Counted from the stretch's first letter, positions 1-9,544 are shown. The stretch is DNA of 64,000 nt from an uncultured Acidobacteriota bacterium (GCA_963725075.1 CAVRXA010000017.1:17573-81572); one strand, 5' to 3'. Notes: generated from the letters alone by a model not told the origin. A program made the numbers and translations.

Positions 1-271
1 CCTCCTCGGCGATGATCTGGGACTCACGCACCGCAATGACCGGCTTCCCCGTGGACGGCCAGATGAACCGCCAGGCGCCGGTGGGCACGGCCCAGAAGCG
101 CTGGCCTGTCCTGACGTCGACGAGGGTGAGTGCGTCGTTTCCGTCCTTGGTCCCGATGGGGACGAGGAGCCCCGAGCGGGTGGTGGACTCCTCGGGGGCG
201 TGACCGACTCGCCAGCCACTCATGACCTTGTAGCCGTTGTCGTGGTAGATCGGGAGGTTCGAAGTCATCAT
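1..271 (-). CDS. hypothetical protein (5' part only; the gene runs off the left edge of the window)
   Basis: Not in the ORF track because it is open at the window edge. The reverse strand reads ATGATG at 271-266, preceded by GGGAG. It translates without a stop to MMTSNLPIYHDNGYKVMSGWRVGHAPEESTTRSGLLVPIGTKDGNDALTLVDVRTGQRFWAVPTGAWRFIWPSTGKPVIAVRESQIIAEE, which has a protein-like composition. Confidence 0.45.
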   Translation of the reverse strand, partial: MMTSNLPIYHDNGYKVMSGWRVGHAPEESTTRSGLLVPIGTKDGNDALTLVDVRTGQRFWAVPTGAWRFIWPSTGKPVIAVRESQIIAEE

Positions 272-370
272 CGCTCCCTGCAATTCTCGCATGTGCAGGG
301 GTCAAGGGGAACTCCCGGCCTGCGGGCGGCCGCGCCCATGATTGCGTCTCCCATCTAGGCTCGGGCGCTG

Positions 371-2647
371 ATGGCCCGCAAACCCACTTTCTCCGAGGCC
401 CTGGAGTATCACGAGAAGCCGACCCCGGGCAAGACGGCGATCCGCTCGACGAAGCCCACAGCGACCCAGGCCGACCTGAGCCTCGCCTACACCCCGGGCG
501 TGGCCGAGCCCTGTTTGGTCATTGCCGAGGATCCCGACGCCGCCTTCCGGTTCACCAATCGGGGCAATCTGGTGGCCGTCGTGTCCAACGGGACAGCCGT
601 GCTCGGTCTGGGCAACATCGGGCCGCTGGCCGGCAAGCCGGTTATGGAAGGCAAAAGCGTGTTGTTCAAGCGCTTCGCCGACATCGATGTCTTCGACCTC
701 GAAATCGACGCCACCGAGCCGGAGGACGTGATCAGGTTCTGCGAGATGCTGGCGCCGACCGTCGGCGGCATCAATCTCGAGGACATCAAGGCGCCGGAGT
801 GCTTCGAAATCGAGCAGACCCTTCGCGATCGGCTCGACATCCCGGTGTTCCACGACGACCAGCACGGGACCGCCATCATCGGTGGGGCGGCGTTCCTCAA
901 CGCCCTCGAACTGACGGGGCGGGACATCTCCCGCGTAAAGGTGGTGTTCGCCGGGGCGGGAGCGGCCGGCATCGCCTCGGCGAGATTCTTCATCGAGCTC
1001 GGCATGAGCCCTGAGAACATCCTCATGGTCGACTCGGTCGGGGTGATCCACAACGGACGCGACGACCTGAACGAGATCAAGAAGGAGTTCGCCGTCGAGA
1101 CCGATGCGCGCACCCTCGAAGACGCGCTGGTGGGGGCAGACGCCTTCATCGGCGTCTCCATCGCCGGCACCGTGACCAAGGAGATGGTCCAGACCATGGC
1201 CGAGCAGCCGATCGTCTTCGCGCTGGCCAATCCCGATCCCGAGATCAGCTATGCAGACGCTCTGGCGGCGAGGCCGGACGTGGTCATGGCCACCGGGCGC
1301 AGTGACTACCCGAACCAGGTGAACAACGTCCTCGGGTTCCCCTTCATCTTCCGGGGCGCCCTCGATGTCCGGGCCCGGGCTGTGTCGGAGAAGATGAAGA
1401 TCGCTGCGGTTCATGCCCTCGCCGAGCTGGCCAAGGAGCCCGTGCCCGATTCGGTCCTTCGTGCCTACGACCTGGACCGGCTCCAGTTCGGACCCGAGTA
1501 CCTGATCCCAAAGCCGTTCGATCCCCGGGTTCTGTGGCGGGTCGCACCGGCGGTGGCGAGGACGGCGATGGAGGAGGGTCTGGCCCGAGCGCCGATCCAC
1601 GACTTCGACGAGTACGTCTCCCAGCTCCAGACCAGGTTCAATGCCTCACACGGGCTGATCAATGCCATCACCACCAGGGCGATGGAGCAGCCGAAGAAGA
1701 TCGTCTACCCGCATGCCGAAGACGTGCGCATGATCCGGGCCGCACGGAGGGTCACGGATGAGGGGATCGGCAACGTCGTGCTCCTCGGTGATGCCGGGCG
1801 AATCAATGGCATGGCTGAGGAGGCCGGAATCTCCATCGATGGGATCGAGGTCGTCGATTACCTGCGGGAAGAGTCGGAGCGGGACCGGTATGCGCTAACC
1901 CTCGAACAGCTTCGCCGGCACAAGGGCCTGTCACTCCAGGATGCGAGGAGGCAGACCGAGGATCCTGCCATGTACGCGTGTCTCATGGTGAGGGAAGGGG
2001 CGGCCGATGCTGTCATCGGCGGGCTCAGCAGTTACTACCCCGAGACGATCAGGCCCGCTCTGCAGGTGCTCCAGGTGGAGGAGGGCCGGTCGATCGTCAG
2101 CTCCGTGTACCTGGTCGTGGTCAGGGGGACTGCCTATTTCTTCACGGATTGTGCGGTCAATATCGAGCCGACCGCCGAGCAACTGGCCGAGATCGCCCTA
2201 GCTGCCACAACGACCGCCGAGGAGGACTTCGCCCGGAGCCCCCGTGTCGCCTTCATCAGCTACTCCGACTTCGGGTCGGCCGGTGGCAGCGAGCCGGCCC
2301 GGGTTCGTCGTGCCGTGGAGTTGTTCCGTCTGGCCCGACCCGACATCCCCGTCGACGGCGAGATGCAGGCGGACACCGCGGTGATACCTGAGCTCTTGGC
2401 AGATCGACGTCCCAGGGGGGCCTTGAGCCGGGCGGCCAACGTCCTGGTCTTCCCCAACCTGACAGCGGCCAACGCTTCCTACAAGCTTCTGAACCGGCTC
2501 GGGGACGCCGAGGTGATCGGGCCCATCCTCAGCGGGCTGTCGAAGACGGTCCACGTCATGCAACGCGACGCCTCCGTCAACGACGTCGTCAACATGACCG
2601 CTATCGCCGTGGCCGAGGCCCAGCGCCGGGAGCGGGCGGGCGGGTAG
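371..2647 (+). CDS. maeB: NADP-dependent malic enzyme (malic enzyme domain plus C-terminal phosphotransacetylase-like domain)
   Basis: 758-aa ORF. N-terminal [10 protein letters not shown] and [23 protein letters not shown], a GAGAAG dinucleotide fold, and a long PTA-like C-terminal domain are typical of MaeB. Confidence 0.92.
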   Translation: MARKPTFSEALEYHEKPTPGKTAIRSTKPTATQADLSLAYTPGVAEPCLVIAEDPDAAFRFTNRGNLVAVVSNGTAVLGLGNIGPLAGKPVMEGKSVLFKRFADIDVFDLEIDATEPEDVIRFCEMLAPTVGGINLEDIKAPECFEIEQTLRDRLDIPVFHDDQHGTAIIGGAAFLNALELTGRDISRVKVVFAGAGAAGIASARFFIELGMSPENILMVDSVGVIHNGRDDLNEIKKEFAVETDARTLEDALVGADAFIGVSIAGTVTKEMVQTMAEQPIVFALANPDPEISYADALAARPDVVMATGRSDYPNQVNNVLGFPFIFRGALDVRARAVSEKMKIAAVHALAELAKEPVPDSVLRAYDLDRLQFGPEYLIPKPFDPRVLWRVAPAVARTAMEEGLARAPIHDFDEYVSQLQTRFNASHGLINAITTRAMEQPKKIVYPHAEDVRMIRAARRVTDEGIGNVVLLGDAGRINGMAEEAGISIDGIEVVDYLREESERDRYALTLEQLRRHKGLSLQDARRQTEDPAMYACLMVREGAADAVIGGLSSYYPETIRPALQVLQVEEGRSIVSSVYLVVVRGTAYFFTDCAVNIEPTAEQLAEIALAATTTAEEDFARSPRVAFISYSDFGSAGGSEPARVRRAVELFRLARPDIPVDGEMQADTAVIPELLADRRPRGALSRAANVLVFPNLTAANASYKLLNRLGDAEVIGPILSGLSKTVHVMQRDASVNDVVNMTAIAVAEAQRRERAGG

Positions 2648-2663
2648 AACTCGAAGGCGTCGC

Positions 2664-3104
2664 TCAGGCGACCGCGGTCTTGACGAGCGCCGTGAGCTTC
2701 TTCTCGACCGCCGGGGTCCATTCGACGATCGCAAACACGACCGGCCACATCGAGCCGTCGTCGAGCGCGGCCGCATCTTCGAATCCCAACATCGCGTAGC
2801 GGCCGTCGAACTTGGACGCCGCCTTGAAGAAGCAGACAAGCTTGCCGTCTTCCTTCGCGTATGCGGGCATCCCGTACCAGGTCCTGGGGAGAAGCTCCGG
2901 TGCGTTCACGCTGACTAGTGAATGGATGCGTTCTGCGAGCGTGCGATCGGCATCAGGCATCTCGGCGATTGTGTCGAGCACGGCGCCCTCGTTGTCTGCC
3001 TTCTTCTGGCCGCTGCGGCCCTGCGCCTTCAGCTCCTGGGCCCGAGCCTTCATGGCGGCACGCTCCGCTTCCGAGAACCCGTCCGTTTTCTTCGTCGTGC
3101 TCAT
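2664..3104 (-). CDS. DUF1801 (YdhG-like) domain protein
   Basis: Start set at the internal ATG (MSTTKKTDG...), which has AGGAGG 8 nt upstream. WYGMPAYAKEDGKLVCFF resembles the DUF1801 core. A paralog lies at 15425..15784. Confidence 0.7.
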   Translation of the reverse strand: MSTTKKTDGFSEAERAAMKARAQELKAQGRSGQKKADNEGAVLDTIAEMPDADRTLAERIHSLVSVNAPELLPRTWYGMPAYAKEDGKLVCFFKAASKFDGRYAMLGFEDAAALDDGSMWPVVFAIVEWTPAVEKKLTALVKTAVA

Positions 3105-3200
3105 CTCTTGACCTCCTGTATGAGTCACTGTTGAAACTACGGGCAATGCGTTGCGGGCGCTTCTCGAATCCTGCTCGATCCTGCCACAGACGAGCGGTTC

Positions 3201-4373
3201 TCAGCGGTCCGTCCAGTACTCCTCGTAGTGAACGTTGCCCCGGTCCTTGCGGTGGTCGATGGTGAAGCCCTTCTCGGAGAGCTGCTGGCAGACGCCGAGC
3301 ACATCTGGGAAGACCAGCCCTTCCTCGGTCCACTTCGGCAGCCCGATCATCGCCGGGTTCCCGCATAGGAAGACATGGGTCCCGGCGGGGTCGAGGGAAG
3401 CACCCAACTCCTTCTCTATCTGGCCTGAGGTGATCAGATCCTGGATGTAGACCTTCTTTCCCTCGTTCTCCGGCTCCCTGGTTGTGATCGCGACGTATCG
3501 GTATGACGGATAGCGGTCCACGAGGACCGCGTGCTGCTCGGTGTAGGCGAGGTCGGACCAATAGCGGACGCACACGACGTCGAGGATGCGGCCCTTGTGC
3601 TCCCGACGTAGCAATTCGGCGATCATCGCGTTCTGCGGTGCCTCGCCCGTGCCGGTGCTGAGAAACACGATGTTGTCATCGGGCTTCACCCCCTCGAGGG
3701 TGTAGTGCCCGGTGAACTTGCGGCCCATGTAGAGACGGTCGCCCTCGCCCTTGAGAAACAGGCGGGGAGTGAGGGCTGGTATCTCCTCCTGGCCGGGCTT
3801 GACTTTCACGATGTAGAACTCGACGTCCGGGGTATGGGGCGGGAGGAGCTCGCCCGCCTCGTCGATCATCGAACTCGAGACCGAATATGACCGGCGCGCC
3901 ATCTTGTGGTCCTGATCGGGCTTCAGATTGTCGTGAGCCTCGTCAGCTCTCGGCTCCCAGTAACCCAGGGCCAGCGTCGTGTACTGGCCGGGGAGAAACG
4001 GGTCGATCGGCTCGTCGGGCGTGACCCTCATCACCCAGAGGTCCTCGTTGTGGGCCCTGATGTGGCTCAGAGCCGCGTTGTAATTCGCCACCCTGAGTTG
4101 CTCGAACTCGTCGGCCTCCGCAGGGCCGGGCCCCTTGGCGTAGTGGACGAAGAGATTGGCGATGACGTCTGCGGCCCGGCCCACCGCTTCGTCATCCCAG
4201 CTCTGGCTTCGTCGGACCGAGACCGTATTGGAAAGGACATGGACGTGGTCGATGAGCTGATCGGCGTCGAAAAGGCGTCGAGCGAGCTCATTTGGCGGGT
4301 CGGCACCTTCCGGGGCCCCAGGGGAGAGTCCGACCCCGTCCTGGCCGGTGAGTGAGCGATCAGTGGAGAACAA
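3201..4373 (-). CDS. ferredoxin--NADP(+) reductase (plant-type FNR family)
   Basis: Only the C-terminal ~330-390 aa of the 696-aa track ORF look real. Motifs: RSYSVSS (RxYS FAD motif), STGTGEAP (NADP-binding GTGxAP) and a C-terminal YEEYW-type end. The start is uncertain: TTG at 4373 or GTG at 4184. Confidence 0.8.
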   Translation of the reverse strand: MFSTDRSLTGQDGVGLSPGAPEGADPPNELARRLFDADQLIDHVHVLSNTVSVRRSQSWDDEAVGRAADVIANLFVHYAKGPGPAEADEFEQLRVANYNAALSHIRAHNEDLWVMRVTPDEPIDPFLPGQYTTLALGYWEPRADEAHDNLKPDQDHKMARRSYSVSSSMIDEAGELLPPHTPDVEFYIVKVKPGQEEIPALTPRLFLKGEGDRLYMGRKFTGHYTLEGVKPDDNIVFLSTGTGEAPQNAMIAELLRREHKGRILDVVCVRYWSDLAYTEQHAVLVDRYPSYRYVAITTREPENEGKKVYIQDLITSGQIEKELGASLDPAGTHVFLCGNPAMIGLPKWTEEGLVFPDVLGVCQQLSEKGFTIDHRKDRGNVHYEEYWTDR

Positions 4374-4421
4374 CTGCGACGGTGGCCCATCGGACTGGCC
4401 TCGACCTGGATCAGTTGGCCC

Positions 4422-4871
4422 ATGTGGGACGCAAGTTACCGTCCGGGAACAAGGCGGTCCGTCCCGTCGGTTGGTGCGAGATGGATACCGTCGGTCAGGG
4501 ATGCTCTCGAGCGAGGTGGCACCGTCGACATCACGACGATCGGTCGGAAGTCCGGTCTGCCCCGCCGGATCGAGATCTATTTCCATCAGTTCGATGGGAG
4601 GTTCTATCTGACCGGCCGGCCCGGTTTCAAGCGCGATTGGGTGGCCAACATCGTGGCCAACCCGGAGTTCACCCTCCACCTCAGACAGGGAGTCAGCGCA
4701 GACATCCCGGTACGCGGCGAGCCCGAGCCCGATCCGGAGGAGCGGGGCCGGATTCTCTATCGGGCACTGACCGAGAGCTGGGGCTCGGACCCGGAGCGGT
4801 CGAGAGCGGCCCTCGACCGGTGGGTCGGGACCGCTCCCTTCATTCGCTTCGAGTTGGTTGATCAGACCTGA
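4422..4871 (+). CDS. nitroreductase/deazaflavin-dependent oxidoreductase family protein (DUF385)
   Basis: ITTIGRKSGLPRRIEIYFHQFDGRFYLTGRPG...DWVANIVANPEFTL matches the DUF385 pattern (T.GRKSG..R). The N-terminal boundary is uncertain. Confidence 0.7.
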   Translation: MWDASYRPGTRRSVPSVGARWIPSVRDALERGGTVDITTIGRKSGLPRRIEIYFHQFDGRFYLTGRPGFKRDWVANIVANPEFTLHLRQGVSADIPVRGEPEPDPEERGRILYRALTESWGSDPERSRAALDRWVGTAPFIRFELVDQT

Positions 4872-5281
4872 GTCGGCGGCTCGGTCGTCCGCTCCGCCAC
4901 GTCCCGGATGCCGAGCCCGATCAGGACGAAGAGCAGGCCCACAGCGACGGCCATGGCCGCCACACCGAAGGCAAGCACCGAGGTGAACAGCGAGGACTGG
5001 AGGAATGATGCGTTCATTGCCACTTCGCGGAGCGGGTCCTCCCGATCCATCTCGGCGTAGTAGAGGCCCTCGGTGGCCTCGAGCGCGTGCTTGCTCGATC
5101 ACCTTCGCCTCGCAGTAGGCGGTGAAGGGCCCGGTCAGGCGCGGCCGGGCAGACATGCATCGTCGGAGGTGGTGATTTGTTGATCGGCGAGCGTGTCGCT
5201 CACGACGAACCAGGTGGCGATGCCGCCCACGATCATCAGGACTCCAAGGACTAGGGACGCAATCGATGCGGCTTTCCTCAT
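4862..5281 (-). pseudogene. small actinobacterial membrane protein (family often mis-annotated as LigA), interrupted by two compensating frameshifts
   Basis: The homologous reading is spread over three pieces. These are MRKAASIASLVLGVLMIVGGIATWFVVSDTLADQQITTSDDACLPGR, then (frame change near 5135-5145, in-frame TGA) LTGPFTAYCEAKVIE, then (frame change near 5090-5094) KHALEATEGLYYAEMDREDPLREVAMNASFLQSSLFTSVLAFGVAAMAV... Confidence 0.6.
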
Positions 5282-5379
5282 GGTCAGGCACCTTTCACAG
5301 ATAGGTTGATCTCCAACCTACCGGAAGCGTCGAAGGGCCATGAGGGCCGAAAGTCACACTTGCCCGCTGGGATCGGCGG

Positions 5380-5794
5380 TCAGTGACCACCTTCGACGAG
5401 CATCGTCGCCGTTGCCACCATGCCGAGTGCGCCGTCTGCCCGATAGACGATGCGCAAGCTCGTCGCCGCGGGCAGTCTGATCTCGAAGCGCCGAAGAGGC
5501 TCGAGGGCAGCGCCTTTCGCCCAGGGGCCATGATCCCTGACGATCCGCTCGTCGACCCACAGTCCGGGTATGGCACTCACGGCGTCATTGCCTATCGACG
5601 CGCCCCGGGGAAAACCCGGGAGACAGCACATCGGCGTGGACGATCACGGCGCCGCCCGGACCTTCGTTCCACAGCTCGAACGTGTCCGGATGGCCGGGCA
5701 CGCGCTCGGCCCGGACTTTCGGCTTGGCCTGGTTCAGGGCGATTCCGACGAACACGACCCCGACCGCCGCAAGGGCGATTATCGCGATCTCCAT
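5380..5794 (-). CDS. hypothetical membrane-anchored protein, split by an apparent 1-nt frameshift
   Basis: The 69-aa ORF (N-terminal TM helix MEIAIIALAAVGVVFVGIAL) and the 83-aa ORF overlap at the run cccgggttttccccgggg (about 5600-5620). Together they would read through as one ~138-aa protein. Confidence 0.4.
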
Positions 5795-5911
5795 GGGAGA
5801 AATGCTAAGTCGAGCGCCATTTCCATCGATGGTTCTATCGACCCGTTCCGGTTCGGCGGAAGAATCCCCCTCCGGGCCTTTCGGGCCACCTCCCCCTTCA
5901 GGGGAGGAAAC

Positions 5912-6007
5912 TGGCGGAGGCGGACGGGAATCGAACCCGCCAGGGGCCGATCAGACCCCTCACCGGTTTTGAAGACCGGGGGACCCACCAGGCGTCCGGA
6001 CGCCTCC
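5912..6007 (-). tRNA. selC: tRNA-Sec (selenocysteine, anticodon UCA)
   Basis: The 96-nt reverse-strand sequence GGAGGCG...CCGGUCUUCAAAACCGG...GCGGGUUCGAUUCCCGU...CGCCUCCGCCA folds as a tRNA. It has a 7-bp acceptor stem, a 5-bp anticodon stem with loop CU-UCA-AA, a 6-bp long variable arm (GGGGUC/GGCCCC), a TPsiC arm GGGUUCGAUUCCC, discriminator G and an encoded CCA. Confidence 0.85.
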
Positions 6008-6105
6008 ACGGTGGCCGAACGAGCATAGGACTGCCGGCATTCGGGTCATGTGAGGTTGAATCCCCCTTCGAGCAAATTTCACATACCGGTACTATTCAAG
6101 CCCGG

Positions 6106-6867
6106 ATGCCCGAGCGCTCATTTGGAAGAACAGTGCGCTATCGCCGCACCAAGATCGGCTTGAGCCAGGCTCAGCTTGGAGAATTGGTCGGTCGCTCGGC
6201 CAGCTCTATCAGGAGCTGGGAACGCGACGTTGCCACGCCCACCGATCCATCGGTGCTCACTGCCCTCTCCGCGATCCTCGACATCGACGGACGCGCCTTG
6301 TTCGACAAGGCCGGAGTCGAGTCACCGCGCCAAGAGACACATCCGACCGTCGAGGAGTCATTGGCCAGTCTGGCGCCGCTCCCACTCGAGGAGCCGATCG
6401 AGGAGAGGATCGACCCGGACCCGCTGATCGCGACCGCGGCTGCAGCCACAGCAATCGCGCCCGGTCTCGATGCCGATTTCGAACTCGAGGCCGAGGTCAA
6501 GGAGCACCTTCCAACCGAGCCGGAGCCGGAGTCGATCGAGCAGCCGGAGCCGACGATCGATACATTCTCCCTACCACCGGACTCGGTGGCCAAGCCCGAA
6601 CCGGTGGGAGCAGCCCAGATGACAACCTCGAACGAACCTGCCTACGTCAGCCCGCCCGAGCCCTATTTGATCACGGCCCCCACACCCCCGGTGGTCGAGC
6701 CCTCTTACATGGAGGACGAGAACCAGCGGCAGATGTACCGGGTTCGGAACCTGGCGACGGTGGTCCTGGTTGTCGCTCTCGCCATCGTCCTCCTCTGGTC
6801 GTTGAGCAATGCGCTCGAGGCGGTGGGTTCGTGGTGGGAGGAGTTCACCAACACCCTGCGTCTCTAG
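6106..6867 (+). CDS. XRE-family helix-turn-helix protein with an acidic/Pro-rich linker and a C-terminal transmembrane anchor
   Basis: The N-terminus IGLSQAQLGELVGRSASSIRSWERD is a classic HTH_XRE. The C-terminal LATVVLVVALAIVLLW is a hydrophobic helix. Confidence 0.8.
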   Translation: MPERSFGRTVRYRRTKIGLSQAQLGELVGRSASSIRSWERDVATPTDPSVLTALSAILDIDGRALFDKAGVESPRQETHPTVEESLASLAPLPLEEPIEERIDPDPLIATAAAATAIAPGLDADFELEAEVKEHLPTEPEPESIEQPEPTIDTFSLPPDSVAKPEPVGAAQMTTSNEPAYVSPPEPYLITAPTPPVVEPSYMEDENQRQMYRVRNLATVVLVVALAIVLLWSLSNALEAVGSWWEEFTNTLRL

Positions 6868-6897
6868 CGGCGCTCTAGCGTTGGCACGACAGCCAAC

Positions 6898-9222
6898 ATG
6901 AGCATCGAAAAGGGCGTCGCCATCGTCGGTGGGGGACCGGCCGGTCTCTATTTGTCGATCTTGCTGAAACAGGCGCGCCCGGAGCTCGCTGTCTCGGTCC
7001 ATGAGCGAAACACGCCCCAGGACGCCTATGGATTCGGGGTCGTTTTCAGTGACGAGACCCTGGACAACTTCGAGGTGGCAGACCCGATCTCGTATCGGGC
7101 GATGACGGAGAAGTTCCGACACTGGGGAGAGATAAAGACCCGCCATCCCGAGGGCGCCGAGGTCATCTCTGGCGGCCACGGATTTGCAGCGATAAGCCGC
7201 CGCGCCCTCCTGGAGACGTTGACCGATCGTGCCCGCCGGCTCGGCGTCGGCCTGCGCTTCTCCACCGAAGTCAAGAGCCTGTCGGACCTCGAATCGGTCG
7301 GGGTGATCGTTGGGGCCGACGGCGCCAACAGCATGGTGCGGCGGGAGCTGGAGCCCCATTTGAGGCCATCGCTGGAGCAGGCTCGTAACAAGTACATCTG
7401 GTTCGGCACGACCAAGGTGTTCGACGAGTTCAACTTCATCTTCGAAGACACGCCTTCGGGGATGGTGTGGGCCCACATCTACCCGTATAGCGACGAGGGC
7501 AGCACCTTCATCGTGGAGATGCGGCCGGAGACCTGGTCGGCTCTCGGCTTCGACAAGACCGAGCATGAAGTGTTTCTGCCGGGTGTGAGCGACGACTATG
7601 CCCTGCAGCGATGCGAGGAGATCTTCGCCCCCCATCTCGACGGACTCGGTCTTCTCGGCAACAACTCACGCTGGCTCCAGTTCCCAACGATCACCTGTGA
7701 TCACTGGCACCACGGCAATGTCGTGCTCATGGGTGACGCCGTCCACACAGCGCATTTCTCGGTGGGCTCGGGCACCAAGCTGGCCATGGAGGACGCCATC
7801 ACCCTCGCCGGGTTGCTCCTGGCCGACCACCCACTGGACCAAGCCTTCGACCGCTACGAGGAGATGCGCCGGCCCGAGGTCGAGAGTCTGCAACGGGCCG
7901 CCAAGGCAAGCCGGAACTGGTTCGAGGGCGCCGATCGCTACCGGAACCTCGACCCGGAGCAGTTCGTGTTCAGCATGCTGACCCGGAGCCAGCGGATCAC
8001 CTACGACAATCTGCGGGTTCGTGACCCCGGGTATATGTCTCGGGTCGACGCCTGGTACGCAGCCTCGGAGCACTCATGCCCCACCTCTGTCGGACCGGAG
8101 GTGCCTCCCATGTTCCATCCATTCCGGGTGCGTGGTCTCGAGCTGGCCAACCGCATCGTGGTGTCGCCCATGGACCAGTACAGCGCTGTCGAAGGGGTGC
8201 CCAACGAGTGGCACCTGGTCCATCTGGGTAGCCGGGCAGTGGGTGGCGCCGGTTTGGTGATGACCGAGATGACGTGTGTGTCGCCCGAGGGCAGGATCAG
8301 CCCCCGGTGCACCGGTCTGTGGAACGAGGAGCAGGCGGACGCCTTCACACGGATCGTCGACTTCGTCCACACCCACACCGACTCCCGGATCGGTCTCCAG
8401 ATCGGACACTCGGGGCGCAAGGGATCGACCAAGTTGATGTGGGAAGGGGACAGCGAGCCACTGGACGAGGGCAATTGGGAGATCATGGCGCCTTCGTCGA
8501 TCCCTTATCGGCCCGACAGCCAGGTGCCCCGGGAGATGACCCGGGCCGACATGGACCTCGTTCGTGACCAACATGTCGCCTCGGCTCGCTTCGGGAGCGA
8601 CGCCGGGTTCGATCTGCTCGAGCTCCACTACGCCCACGGCTATCTGCTCTCCAGTTTCCTCACTCCGCTCGCCAACGAGAGGAGCGACGAGTACGGCGGA
8701 TCGGCCGAGAACAGGATGCGATATCCGCTCGAGTTGTTCGAAGCGGTGCGGGAGGTCTGGCCCGACGAGAAGCCGATCTCGGTGCGGATCTCGGCTACCG
8801 ATTGGGTCGACGGAGGGTTCGATGGAGACGATGCGGTGGCATTCGCCGCGGAGTTGAAAGAACGTGGCTGTGACCTGATCGATGTGTCGACCGGTCAGAC
8901 CACGATCGATGCCGACCCCGAGTACGGGCGGCTCTATCAGACCCCGTATTCGGATCGGATTCGCAACGAGGTCGGGATCGCAACCATGACGGTGGGAGCC
9001 GTCTCCAGCATCGATGATGTGCACAACATCCTGGTCGCCGGGCGGGCGGATCTCTGCCTGTTGGCGCGTCCGCACATCGTCGACCCCTACTGGACACTCA
9101 ACGCTGCCATCGACCTCGGCTATGACGGCCACTCGTTTCCCAACCAGTATCTGGCCGGTCTTGGGACGAGACGTCGGGAGCAGGATCCGATCCCTCCGGA
9201 TGTCTTCCGGAGACCGATCTAG
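6898..9222 (+). CDS. bifunctional FAD-dependent aromatic hydroxylase / Old-Yellow-Enzyme-type oxidoreductase (salicylyl-CoA 5-hydroxylase-like)
   Basis: 774 aa. The N-terminus has VAIVGGGPAGLYL (GxGxxG) and GDAVHTAHFSVGSGTKLAMEDA. The C-terminal half has OYE motifs HYAHGYLLSSFLTPLANERSDEYGGS. Confidence 0.82.
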   Translation: MSIEKGVAIVGGGPAGLYLSILLKQARPELAVSVHERNTPQDAYGFGVVFSDETLDNFEVADPISYRAMTEKFRHWGEIKTRHPEGAEVISGGHGFAAISRRALLETLTDRARRLGVGLRFSTEVKSLSDLESVGVIVGADGANSMVRRELEPHLRPSLEQARNKYIWFGTTKVFDEFNFIFEDTPSGMVWAHIYPYSDEGSTFIVEMRPETWSALGFDKTEHEVFLPGVSDDYALQRCEEIFAPHLDGLGLLGNNSRWLQFPTITCDHWHHGNVVLMGDAVHTAHFSVGSGTKLAMEDAITLAGLLLADHPLDQAFDRYEEMRRPEVESLQRAAKASRNWFEGADRYRNLDPEQFVFSMLTRSQRITYDNLRVRDPGYMSRVDAWYAASEHSCPTSVGPEVPPMFHPFRVRGLELANRIVVSPMDQYSAVEGVPNEWHLVHLGSRAVGGAGLVMTEMTCVSPEGRISPRCTGLWNEEQADAFTRIVDFVHTHTDSRIGLQIGHSGRKGSTKLMWEGDSEPLDEGNWEIMAPSSIPYRPDSQVPREMTRADMDLVRDQHVASARFGSDAGFDLLELHYAHGYLLSSFLTPLANERSDEYGGSAENRMRYPLELFEAVREVWPDEKPISVRISATDWVDGGFDGDDAVAFAAELKERGCDLIDVSTGQTTIDADPEYGRLYQTPYSDRIRNEVGIATMTVGAVSSIDDVHNILVAGRADLCLLARPHIVDPYWTLNAAIDLGYDGHSFPNQYLAGLGTRRREQDPIPPDVFRRPI

Positions 9223-9508
9223 TCGGGCTACCGGCGTCATTGCAAAACCCCTCACCAATCCGCCCGAGTTGTGGCAGACTGTCTCCACCAGAGAAAGGAG
9301 GTGGTCCTAGGTTGTATGAAAGTCTTTGGACTCTGGAGGTGGTCGAGCGCTGAGCGGCGCTGACCGCAGCCGCCGCTCGTCCCCAGAAAGTGTTCTGGCC
9401 GGACAGGTGGCGACTCCAAACTCGGACCACCCGGCTCTGGATACCGCGAACCTCGTCCATTCGTGGCGGCGTAACTCGCCGAAGCAATGCCATAGCTGAT
9501 CTTCAAAG

Positions 9509-9544
9509 GAAGGGCCCTCGATCCGTCGAGGGCCCTTCTGTTTC
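9509..9544. terminator. bidirectional intrinsic terminator hairpin
   Basis: A perfect 13-bp stem gaagggccctcga / tcgagggcccttc with a 4-nt loop. It is followed by TGTTT on the + strand and CTTTG on the - strand, and it abuts the stop of the cysteine synthase gene. Confidence 0.6.

Noticed and set aside
302-1600. 432-aa ORF antisense to maeB
   Set aside because: This is a shadow ORF typical of high-GC DNA. It has an Arg/Gly/Pro/His-rich low-complexity composition and no recognisable motif, and it fully overlaps a well-supported gene on the other strand.
5135-5137. In-frame TGA near selC as a selenocysteine codon
   Set aside because: The conserved protein sequence does not continue in the same frame across the TGA; it resumes in a different frame. 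No Cys/Sec-type redox motif is present.
4374-5291. N-terminal ~300 codons of the 696-aa track ORF that ends as FNR
   Set aside because: The composition is Arg/Pro/Gly junk. It overlaps the DUF385 gene and the membrane-protein gene on other frames. FNR homology only begins near codon 307-370.
5295-5911. selC-linked genomic island downstream of the tRNA-Sec 3' end
   Set aside because: There is no integrase, no partial tRNA direct repeat and no clear compositional break. Only two small hypothetical or damaged genes lie before normal core genes resume.
5912-6007. Alternative call as tRNA-Ser, because of the long variable arm
   Set aside because: The anticodon loop reads CU-UCA-AA, which decodes UGA. 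Ser anticodons would be UGA, GGA, CGA or GCU. The 96-nt length and G discriminator fit tRNA-Sec.
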